DNA of 12,922 nucleotides from the NCBI GenBank assembly GCA_029259175.1, contig JAPDJH010000003.1, forward strand, positions 1 to 12,922, given 5' to 3'. The notes below the pieces were generated by a model. The model ran no database searches. It was given only the letters and a program-made list of their open reading frames with translations, and was not told where the DNA came from. This document shows, one piece after another, positions 1-7,296 of this stretch. The translations under genes were made by a program, and so were the position numbers. This stretch comes from Hadesarchaea archaeon (GTDB taxonomy: Archaea > Hadarchaeota > Hadarchaeia > Hadarchaeales > Hadarchaeaceae). The number at the start of each line of letters is the position of its first letter. Positions within the stretch are counted from its first letter, which is position 1.

Positions 1-1
1 C

Positions 2-127
2 GGGCAACCCCTCTACTCAAACGTGGAGTGGGGTGAGGGTGTTCAAAAGTATGTTTACTGGTTCCTGACCATCCCGTCCGTCCCGCCCGGCACCTATTCG
101 AACACCCTCTACGTGAAGGTGGTGTGA
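2..127 (+). CDS. 3' end of a gene truncated by the window edge; C-terminal domain paralogous to the C-terminus of the 173-1066 protein
   Basis: Frame 2 reads GQPLYSNVEWGEGVQKYVYWFLTIPSVPPGTYSNTLYVKVV* (TGA 125-127). This aligns with YQNVYVNQPYGEDVVHNMYFWLSVPNGTPAGTYTNTFYVNATN* of the next gene. Not in the ORF track. Confidence 0.85.
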   Translation, partial: GQPLYSNVEWGEGVQKYVYWFLTIPSVPPGTYSNTLYVKVV

Positions 128-160
128 ATGATCACTTCAAGCTCGCCAAGAATAAAAAGA

Positions 161-168
161 GGAGGTGA
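161..168 (+). promoter_or_regulatory. Shine-Dalgarno site GGAGGTGA
   Basis: Full archaeal SD consensus 4 nt upstream of the in-frame GTG at 173. Confidence 0.75.
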
Positions 169-172
169 GGAT

Positions 173-1066
173 GTGAAAAAAGTGTGCGCAGCGGTGCTTG
201 TGGCAGTCCTAGTCTTGGCGGCGCTTTCGATAACAATGGCTGCAGAAAATTCAATGGGCGGATCGGCAACTGTCGGGAACGTCGCACCCAGCGTAGTGCA
301 GGTTTGGGCCCCAAGCGCGGCGAACGTCTGGATCTATTACACCTTCGAGGTTCGCGTGCAGGACAACAATACTCTCGCCAACGTTGAGAACATCGAGCTG
401 GTGCTCTACGGCCCGTCAGCGACCCAGGATGGTGCCGACAACGCTCGGAACCACTACACGTTCAGGTACAATGCCCCAACCGATACTTGGAGCGAAGTTG
501 GGCCGGGGACCGGAGAGCACCTGGATACTACAGGATGTTCGAAGCCCGCTGACTTGGCCGTGACGACCGACAACTACAAGTTCAGCGTACGACTGGCGAA
601 GATCGCGGAGCCGGGGACTTGGCGAGTTTACTTCCGGGTGGTAGATAACGAGGGAACATCGAGTTCGGACAATAACACAACTTTTACCGTGAACCAGTAC
701 ATCGAGCAGACCCTTGGCCAGAGTTCGGTGTCGTGGAGCAGCCTCGCGCCGGGCCAAGAGAACGTGCTTGCAGATGGCATGCCGGCCACGACGACTGTAA
801 CCTCCAACGACACCTACAGCATCCAGCTGAAGCTTGCGGGTGACTGGACGAGCGGCTCGAACACCTTCGGCGCAGACAACACGAAGTTCAACTCAGTCAA
901 TGACGTGGCATCGGCAACTGCATTTTCGACGAGCTACCAGAACGTGTACGTGAACCAGCCCTACGGCGAGGACGTGGTGCACAACATGTACTTCTGGCTC
1001 TCGGTGCCTAACGGGACTCCCGCGGGGACCTACACGAACACGTTCTACGTGAACGCCACGAACTAG
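173..1066 (+). CDS. Secreted all-beta surface protein (~297 aa); candidate major filament subunit with a WxL/spore-coat-U-like C-terminal domain
   Basis: GTG start after the SD; Sec signal (MKKVCAAVLVAVLVLAALSITMA-A); Thr/Asn/Ser-rich alternating beta pattern; N-glycosylation sequons; no TM anchor. Ends in L-S-V-P-x-G-T-P-A-G-T-Y-T-N-T-F-Y-V, reminiscent of WxL/SCPU-type terminal strands. The function is inferred. Confidence 0.8.
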   Translation: MKKVCAAVLVAVLVLAALSITMAAENSMGGSATVGNVAPSVVQVWAPSAANVWIYYTFEVRVQDNNTLANVENIELVLYGPSATQDGADNARNHYTFRYNAPTDTWSEVGPGTGEHLDTTGCSKPADLAVTTDNYKFSVRLAKIAEPGTWRVYFRVVDNEGTSSSDNNTTFTVNQYIEQTLGQSSVSWSSLAPGQENVLADGMPATTTVTSNDTYSIQLKLAGDWTSGSNTFGADNTKFNSVNDVASATAFSTSYQNVYVNQPYGEDVVHNMYFWLSVPNGTPAGTYTNTFYVNATN

Positions 1067-1136
1067 AGGGAAACAAAATGAGAGCATCAGGGTGCCGGTA
1101 TAAGCCATCATCCCTCCACCCAAGCAGGGAAAGAAA

Positions 1137-1685
1137 ATGAGATTGTTGCAGCTGCTAATCTGTGCTCCAATGCTGGCGATGGCTCTTGGGCTAGCTGTAT
1201 CCAGCGTCGGTGCCTTGGGGTTATCAAAACCGCCGAACTTGGAGAACATCCACATGACGCTCGGGGAAAAATACCAGTTCTCAATCAGGATCTACGGGGA
1301 AAACCAGCTCATCGAGGTCGAAATGGTCGCTGCTGGAGCGATAGAAAACTTCATCGAGTTCGACCCTCAGCGGTTTACGCTCGCAACTGGCGAGTCCAAG
1401 GAGGTACTTTGCACGCTCAGCCCGGAGAACCTCGGGACATACGAAGGGTCGCTGGAGGCGCGCCCCGTGAGCATGGCTCAGGGAAACCCCCTAGTCGGGT
1501 CGGTGAGTGCCAACCTCCGCGTGACGGTTGAGGAGCCGCTGATTGAACAACCCTCTGGGGGGTACGAACAGCCAAGTTCCGGAGATTCTACGGGTGGAGG
1601 AATCTCCGCCGTGCAACCGGGGGTAGTAATTGCCCTTTTGGGAGCAGCCTTTGTTAGCGGCCTGTACTTGGTGAGGTGGAGGTAG
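1137..1685 (+). CDS. Small membrane-anchored single Ig-like domain protein (182 aa); possibly chaperone/DUF916-like
   Basis: Signal peptide; Ig-like core (FTLATGESKEVLCTL...GTYEGSLEARP...VSANLRVTV); Gly/Ser/Pro linker with EQPS twice; C-terminal TM (VVIALLGAAFVSGLYLV) followed by RWR. Confidence 0.75.
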   Translation: MRLLQLLICAPMLAMALGLAVSSVGALGLSKPPNLENIHMTLGEKYQFSIRIYGENQLIEVEMVAAGAIENFIEFDPQRFTLATGESKEVLCTLSPENLGTYEGSLEARPVSMAQGNPLVGSVSANLRVTVEEPLIEQPSGGYEQPSSGDSTGGGISAVQPGVVIALLGAAFVSGLYLVRWR

Positions 1686-3163
1686 TGAAAAGGCTCACGA
1701 TAGTCCTCGCAGTTCTCACAATGGTGCCGTCGATGTCCTTGGCTTACGCGGCCGCAGATGAAGACACCATGCAAGGACAAGGCAACGTGTCTAACGTCGC
1801 GCCGACATGCCAGATAACCCAGCCTGCAGACGGATCAAGCCACATCGCTGGCACCTCGATTTCTTTCGCGGCGACGGCCCAAGACAACAACAACGACAAC
1901 CTGACCTACTGGTGGAACTTCGGCGACGGCTCTGACAACGTCTACGGTGCGAGTGCGACCCACTCCTACTCAACGGCGGGCACCTACACGGTGACGCTGA
2001 CGGTTAGCGACGGGGAGCTGAGCGCGAGCGACAACATAAGCATAACCGTGACTTCGCCCCCAAGTCTGGATGCGGGGCCCCCGAGTCTGGGTGCGGGGCC
2101 CAGCCCACCACCTAGTGATACCACACCACCAACTCTTACGGTGCTGTTCCCGACCACAACATGGGTCGGGCCCCACTTGACCGCGCGCGTTAGCGCCTCC
2201 GATGCCTCCGGGATAGACTGGTCCTCTATCGTGGTGAAGCTCGATGGCAGCCCTGTTGAGTTTACCTTTTCGAATGGGGTCATCGTGATCGTGTTGTCAG
2301 ACGTCGAGCCAGGAGCCCACTCGCTCTGGGTAGGCGTGGCGGACCTCGAGGGCAACTCTGGGGAGCGGACGATCTCGTTCACGGTGGTTCCAGAGGTAGC
2401 TACCGTCCAGCTCGGGGCTGTGGTTGCGGGTGAAAACGCTGTGGCGGACTTCAGCGCCTCCGGAACCCCCGTGCGCAAGGTCGCTCTCCTACCGTCCCAG
2501 AGCCTAGAGAACATAGTTGTCAACGTGCGGGTGATCGACGAAAAACCGCCCGAGCTGCCAGTCCTTCCGGGAGAAGTGTTTACATACTTGGAGTTCACGA
2601 CCGATGTCCCCCTGCAAAACGCGACCATTGACTTCGCCGTGCCACGGGAATGGATGGAGAGAAACGGTGTGGACGGGGGCACGATCAGACTCTACCGCTA
2701 CTCGAGCAGCTGGCGGGGGCTCCCGACCGTGTGCATAGAGGAGAACGCGACACACAGGTTCTACCGCGCGACCACATCTGGATTCTCCATCTTTGCCATA
2801 GCGGGTCAACCCCCGGCCGTGACCCAGCCAAGTACGGATCAGCCAGATTTGATTTTGCTCACGCTCCTTGCGCTCCTCGTGGCGGTCGTTTGCATGGGAG
2901 TGGTCTCATTGTGTCGGCCGAGCAAAGAGCCCAAACTGCCAAAAGTTTCTAAGAAGAGCCCCAAACCACAGGTGGAGCCCTTAAAACCTCTGAGAAAGCC
3001 GGTAGGGGTGCAGCCCGAGGCAAAATCCAAAATAGGGACGCGCTACATCAAGCACATGATGCCTACAGCAAAGAAACTCGTGGCGACTGGAAAGTCTAAA
3101 TCGGGGAGAAGTGCCCAAGGTTCTCCTAGAGGTCGGGCGGGCAAAAAACGGTCGAAGGGGTGA
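1685..3163 (+). CDS. PKD + Ig-like + PGF-pre-PGF-like domain membrane protein (~492 aa)
   Basis: The GTG at 1685 overlaps the upstream TAG and follows GAGGTG (alternative start 1676). Signal peptide; PKD motif TYWWNFGDG...HSYSTAGTYTVTLTVSDG; DTTPP-type Ig domain; PGF-pre-PGF-like NATIDFAVPREW...LYRY...W..LPT...YRATTSGFSIFAI; TM; Lys/Arg-rich tail. Confidence 0.85.
   Translation: MKRLTIVLAVLTMVPSMSLAYAAADEDTMQGQGNVSNVAPTCQITQPADGSSHIAGTSISFAATAQDNNNDNLTYWWNFGDGSDNVYGASATHSYSTAGTYTVTLTVSDGELSASDNISITVTSPPSLDAGPPSLGAGPSPPPSDTTPPTLTVLFPTTTWVGPHLTARVSASDASGIDWSSIVVKLDGSPVEFTFSNGVIVIVLSDVEPGAHSLWVGVADLEGNSGERTISFTVVPEVATVQLGAVVAGENAVADFSASGTPVRKVALLPSQSLENIVVNVRVIDEKPPELPVLPGEVFTYLEFTTDVPLQNATIDFAVPREWMERNGVDGGTIRLYRYSSSWRGLPTVCIEENATHRFYRATTSGFSIFAIAGQPPAVTQPSTDQPDLILLTLLALLVAVVCMGVVSLCRPSKEPKLPKVSKKSPKPQVEPLKPLRKPVGVQPEAKSKIGTRYIKHMMPTAKKLVATGKSKSGRSAQGSPRGRAGKKRSKG
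2057..2098 (+). repeat. 21-bp tandem duplication in a Pro-rich linker (PPSLDAG/PPSLGAG)
   Basis: cccccaagtctggatgcgggg (2057-2077) versus cccccgagtctgggtgcgggg (2078-2098), 2 mismatches. Confidence 0.85.
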
Positions 3164-3168
3164 AGTGG

Positions 3169-4938
3169 ATGACCGCAAAACTTAGAGTAGTCTTCGCGGT
3201 TCTCATGGTAACGCTGCTTGTGCTCCCTTCCCTTGTTGGCGCGGAGGAGCAAGGCATCCCCGGGGAGACCATCGTGCAGAACGCCGCCCCCATCGTCACG
3301 ATAACTTCGCCTGCCCAGGGCACCCAGGTGGAGACCGGCGCAGAGGTGAGCTTCCAGGCCGACGCTAGCGACCCGAACGGCACCCCAGTGACATACTTCT
3401 GGGACTTCGATGACGGGTGGACGTCGAACCAAGCCAGTCCAGTCCACTCCTACTCCTCGGCGGGCACGTACATCGTGACGCTGACCGTGAGTGACGGGGA
3501 GCTGACCGCCAGTGACTCTGTCGGCATAACGGTGAGATCGCCGACTACCGACAACGCCTCTCCCGTCGAGACCGTTCCCCCGACGCTCACGGTGCTCGCC
3601 CCGCTCGAGAACGAGCTTCAGAAGGACGTGATCGTGAGAGTGAGCGCCACCGATGACTCGGGTATCGACCCCAGCTCGATCATAGCGAAGCTCGACGGTA
3701 AGCTGATCGCACACACCTTCTCGGACGGCGAAATCATAGTGAGCTTGACGGATCTCGCGCTCGGCGAGCACCAAGTGCAGATATCAGTCGCGGACCTCGC
3801 GGGCAACTGGGCGCAAAAGACGATCTCGTTCACCGTGGTGCCGCCTCCGCCCGCGACGGTCCGGCTCAGCTCGTTGGTTGCGGGAGAGAACGCCATCGCG
3901 AACTTCGAAAACTTCGGGATCCCCGTACGCAAAGTGGTGCTGGTCCCCACCACCAGTCAGGCCAGCGCCTTGGTCGCCATCCGATGGCTCACGGAAAAGC
4001 CAGCCGAGCTTCCGTGCCCCCCGGGCGTGACGTTTGCATACCTAGAGCTCTCAACTGATGCATCAATAGATAACGCGACCATCGAATTCACCGTCCCGCG
4101 CTCCTGGCTGATCCAGAACTCGGTGGGCGAAAACACCGTCGACCTGTACCACTACTCAAACAACGAGTGGCGGAAACTCCCGACCGCGAAAGTAGGCGAA
4201 AACTCCGCTTACATCTTTTACTCGGCCGTGTCGCCAGGCCTCTCGACGTTCGCGATATCCGGCCAACAGGTGTCCCCGGTGCTGTTCGCGACCTTCACGC
4301 TCTCGCTGCCCACCGACCCTGTCACGGGAGCGCAAGCGTCGATTACCGTGCATGTGGTGAACCCGACCTCGCTGGCGCTGAGCCGCCAGTTCGAGCTCCG
4401 CTTCGGCGAGGCCTACGCGGTACCGATCATGATCGAGGTGGCCGCGGGGCAGACGCGGGACATCCCCCTGACGCTGAACGTCGCCGGCCTTCAGCCCGGG
4501 ACCTACTCGGTTGAGCTGGTCGACACTCAGCAGGGCCGGACGCTGGCCAGCGGGCAGATGGTCTTCGAGGGCTATGCACCGCCCGGGGAAGAGCAACCAG
4601 CCGGATCCCTCCCGGTTCTCCCGCTGGCGGCGGTGCTGGCGCTGGTATGCGCCGCGGGAGTGGTCGCCGCGCTCTGGGCGACGGGCAGGATCGACTTGGC
4701 TAAGCTGAAGTTCCGGAGGGAAAGGATAAAGCCGCCGAGTGAAATCGCACCGAAACCACCGAAGAGAGTGGCCAAAGTGTCTCTGAGGGCCGAGTCGGAG
4801 CTGGGGGCCGACTACCTCAAGCACCTCATACCCATAGCGGAGGAGCTGGCCACCGGGGAGGCGGCCCCCAAGCGCATCCGGCACCGCAGGAAGCCGGTCA
4901 CGCCCTTCAAGATCGAGAAAGCGAAGCGCCGCTCCTGA
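3169..4938 (+). CDS. Paralogous PKD + Ig-like + PGF-pre-PGF-like membrane protein with an extra CARDB-like Ig domain (~589 aa)
   Basis: ATG at 3169 after GGGGTGA (alternative GTG 3160). Signal peptide; TYFWDFDDG...HSYSSAGTYIVTLTVSDGELTASD; NATIEFTVPRSW...WRKLPT...YSAVSPGLSTFAI; additional Ig domain (VHVVNP...VAAGQT...LQPGTYSVEL); TM; basic tail. Colinear with the 1685-3163 product. Confidence 0.85.
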   Translation: MTAKLRVVFAVLMVTLLVLPSLVGAEEQGIPGETIVQNAAPIVTITSPAQGTQVETGAEVSFQADASDPNGTPVTYFWDFDDGWTSNQASPVHSYSSAGTYIVTLTVSDGELTASDSVGITVRSPTTDNASPVETVPPTLTVLAPLENELQKDVIVRVSATDDSGIDPSSIIAKLDGKLIAHTFSDGEIIVSLTDLALGEHQVQISVADLAGNWAQKTISFTVVPPPPATVRLSSLVAGENAIANFENFGIPVRKVVLVPTTSQASALVAIRWLTEKPAELPCPPGVTFAYLELSTDASIDNATIEFTVPRSWLIQNSVGENTVDLYHYSNNEWRKLPTAKVGENSAYIFYSAVSPGLSTFAISGQQVSPVLFATFTLSLPTDPVTGAQASITVHVVNPTSLALSRQFELRFGEAYAVPIMIEVAAGQTRDIPLTLNVAGLQPGTYSVELVDTQQGRTLASGQMVFEGYAPPGEEQPAGSLPVLPLAAVLALVCAAGVVAALWATGRIDLAKLKFRRERIKPPSEIAPKPPKRVAKVSLRAESELGADYLKHLIPIAEELATGEAAPKRIRHRRKPVTPFKIEKAKRRS

Positions 4939-5214
4939 GATCTGAGGGTTAAAAAACGTGCTCCCGAGCTTCCGCTTACTTGAGTTTACGGAAATTTTAT
5001 CCCAACAGACCCTGCTCGAAAAACCCACCATATTCTCGTGATTTCGGGCCCCTAAAGGCGGTTTTTGGGAACACAATAAAGTTCGTTTGAGCGTTGTGAT
5101 AACATTGTTACTGCTCCGATGAAAAAACCATCGGCTTTCAGAAATTCGGCCACAATGGCTCAGAAACGCAAAAATATGAGCGTTCTTTTTAGAGTCACCA
5201 CGTTGTGATAGCAG

Positions 5215-5420
5215 CCACACAAACTCAGGCTCCCTCGAGGGTCTTGCGAGAGAAGAAATCGGGCCGCACTCCCATGAGTTCATTTCAAAGTATGGGCTGA
5301 GATCGCCAGCAAACGTCAGGCGGGGCTGGAGTTGCTCGAAAAAACGGGGCCTAGTTGAGGGGCAAGATACTGAAGCGCCGTATCTAGGAGCGCTTTGGAA
5401 GCGGAAAGTCGGTTTTCTGA
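5215..5420 (+). pseudogene. Frameshifted relic resembling the C-terminal winged helix of an archaeal-type (COG1672-like) ATPase
   Basis: 5234-5323 reads LEGLAREEIGPHSHEFISKYGLRSPANVRR. With frame changes it continues LELLEK / RGLVEG / PYLGALWKRK. This resembles the 'LA.E...S.EFI.KYGL.S...V..AL..L...GLI....DP....W' pattern recalled for these ATPases. No start codon or P-loop part is visible. Confidence 0.45.
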
Positions 5421-5583
5421 CAAATATATCAAACTCGATATAGAATATACCAAGAGTGATATAATGCGAGAGATACAACCTTGGATCACGGGAAGAGAAC
5501 TCGACCCGAAGAGGGATAGGGAAGAAAAGCAGTTTGAGCGGAGAAGCTCACTAATGACTAAAACTGGGGGAGAGAGGAGAGGG

Positions 5584-6165
5584 ATGCCGAACAACTTCCT
5601 CGTCACCGGCCCGCCTGGGTGCGGCAAATCCACCCTGATCTCCGAAATCGTGAACGAACTCCGCTCCCGCGGCTACTCCGTCGGCGGCTTCTACACCCCC
5701 GAGATCCGCCACCAGGGCCGCCGCATCGGATTCCAGATGGTAGATATCGCCACCGGCACCGCCATGATCCTCGCCCACGTCAACCAGCCCACTGGCCCAT
5801 CCGTCAGCCGCTACCGCGTAAATATCGACCACATCGACCGCATGACCTCCCTCAGCCTGGAACGTGCCCTCCACGAATCCGACCTCATCGTCATCGACGA
5901 AATCGCCCCCATGGAGCTCTTCAGCCCCCGCTTCAAGCGCGCCGTCCAGCAGATCCTCGACTCCCCGAAGCCGCTGCTCGCCGCCGTCCACTACCGAACC
6001 ACCACTGGCTTCATCGGCGCCCTCAAAAAGCGCCCCGACATCCGCCTCTGGGTGCTCTCACCTTCTAACCGCCCAACCGTCCGGTCCGAACTCCTCCGCG
6101 CGCTCACAGCTCTCCTTCCCCGCCGCACGCCGCAACCACCCGCTCCCAGGGGGCGTCGGTCCTGA
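5584..6165 (+). CDS. Nucleoside-triphosphatase, THEP1/NTPase_1 family (~193 aa)
   Basis: Walker A VTGPPGCGKST; GGFYTPEIR..G.RIGF motif; V..Y.V motif; Walker B LIVIDEIAPMEL. ATG at 5584 follows a purine-rich GAGGAG site. Confidence 0.93.
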   Translation: MPNNFLVTGPPGCGKSTLISEIVNELRSRGYSVGGFYTPEIRHQGRRIGFQMVDIATGTAMILAHVNQPTGPSVSRYRVNIDHIDRMTSLSLERALHESDLIVIDEIAPMELFSPRFKRAVQQILDSPKPLLAAVHYRTTTGFIGALKKRPDIRLWVLSPSNRPTVRSELLRALTALLPRRTPQPPAPRGRRS

Positions 6166-7273
6166 ACCCCTCGCCCGAAAAGTGGGTTCTCGCCGCAAAG
6201 AAGCCTTCCCGCCTCAGCCGCTCCACCACCCTGCGCGGCGAAGGGGGTGTCCGCCCAATCCGCTTCGCCACCTCGTTCACCGTGAAAAACGTGGGGGGAC
6301 CATCCGCCTCCTCCACCAGCTTCCTCAGCAGCTTGATCTCCTCCTTCCCGCGTCTGAACTCGCGCCGGACTATCTCTTCTGCCACTCGCACCGCCAGCTC
6401 GCGATCCACCAGCCGTCCCAGCCAAAGGGGGCCCGCGTGCGCCAGCTCCGCCCCGCACTCGCACCGCCGCTCCAGCACCGGCACCAGTCCTCTCACCGCC
6501 CGCCTGCGCCCGCACGCAAAACAGTGCGAAACATATCCCTGAGACCTCACCACCTCATCCGCAGCCGCCTTCCTCCGCGTCCCCTTCAAATAGACCCGGA
6601 AGTAGTGCCTCGTCGCGTGTACAAGCACCGGCTCCAGCGCCAGCCCGTGCTTTCCGGCCACGCGCTGAGCATACCCCACCAGTATCCGCACCCCGAGCTC
6701 GTGGCAGTACTCAGTCCGCAGCGGCCTCGCCCCGTACCGCCTCACGCACGCCCGTGGATGAGCACCGCACAACGGCGCCGTGTCCGTGGCCGTGAGCGCC
6801 AGCACCCCCTTGCCGCTCAGCGCCGCACACGCCGCATCCAGAAAAGGTGCTGGCGATCCAAAGGGATCCAGCTCTACCCAGCTGAACTGGCCTCTCCGCT
6901 CGAACATCAAGGCGTTTGCATCCCTCCGCTCCACCTCCACCCGCATCGCCAGCCTATTGATCTCAACGTTTCGCTGGATGAACCCGTGCGCCTCCTCCGA
7001 TTTATCGTTGACCAACACACTCACCACTCCGTCCACCTCGGCCGCGTATCTCAGCCCACGCACCCCAACCCCCGCCAGCGGATCGCACACACGCAGCTCT
7101 CCCAGCTCCTCCACCATCACCTGCGCAACCGCTACCCCGATGTCCCTGCTCAGCTCCATGTGCGGGTTGTAGAACACCCGGGCACGAGACGGGACGTAAT
7201 CCCCCGTGCCCGCCCGGAACTGCTCCAGCTCCGGCACTTCCAGCTCCACCCTTCCCTCTCGCACGCGCGGCAC
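6104..7273 (-). CDS. trm1: tRNA (guanine(26)-N2)-dimethyltransferase
   Basis: VFYNPHMELSRD, SAM-binding DPLAGVGVRGLRY, VND, DAN, LDPFGSP, LTATDTAPLCG, HELGVRIL, HYFRV, HCxxC...CxCG, GPLWLG, RTHFSGEGFRTDAP. GGAGG SD upstream of GTG 7273. Confidence 0.97.
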   Translation of the reverse strand: MPRVREGRVELEVPELEQFRAGTGDYVPSRARVFYNPHMELSRDIGVAVAQVMVEELGELRVCDPLAGVGVRGLRYAAEVDGVVSVLVNDKSEEAHGFIQRNVEINRLAMRVEVERRDANALMFERRGQFSWVELDPFGSPAPFLDAACAALSGKGVLALTATDTAPLCGAHPRACVRRYGARPLRTEYCHELGVRILVGYAQRVAGKHGLALEPVLVHATRHYFRVYLKGTRRKAAADEVVRSQGYVSHCFACGRRRAVRGLVPVLERRCECGAELAHAGPLWLGRLVDRELAVRVAEEIVRREFRRGKEEIKLLRKLVEEADGPPTFFTVNEVAKRIGRTPPSPRRVVERLRREGFFAARTHFSGEGFRTDAPWERVVAACGGEGEL

Positions 7274-7296
7274 TTCCAGACCTCCCGCTCGAACGC

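Noticed and set aside
1066-1116. Possible RNA structure (GAGGGA...TCCCTC) between the putative major subunit gene and the next gene
   Set aside because: Only a 6-bp long-range stem with weak inner pairing; not distinguishable from chance by eye.
4156-5478. 440-aa - strand ORF, plus other antisense ORFs such as 1984-2682, 3043-3774, 5991-6515 and 8001-8603
   Set aside because: They overlap well-supported genes or relics on the opposite strand or frame in GC-rich DNA and show no recognisable protein features.
5395-5583. 63-aa N-terminal extension of the NTPase from a TTG start
   Set aside because: This family begins a few residues before Walker A; ATG 5584 has a purine-rich SD and codon style changes abruptly there.
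4939-5583. Replication origin, CRISPR array or IS element in the long intergenic region
   Set aside because: No ORB-like repeats or adjacent cdc6/orc1, no regularly spaced repeat-spacer units, and no transposase or terminal inverted repeats recognised.
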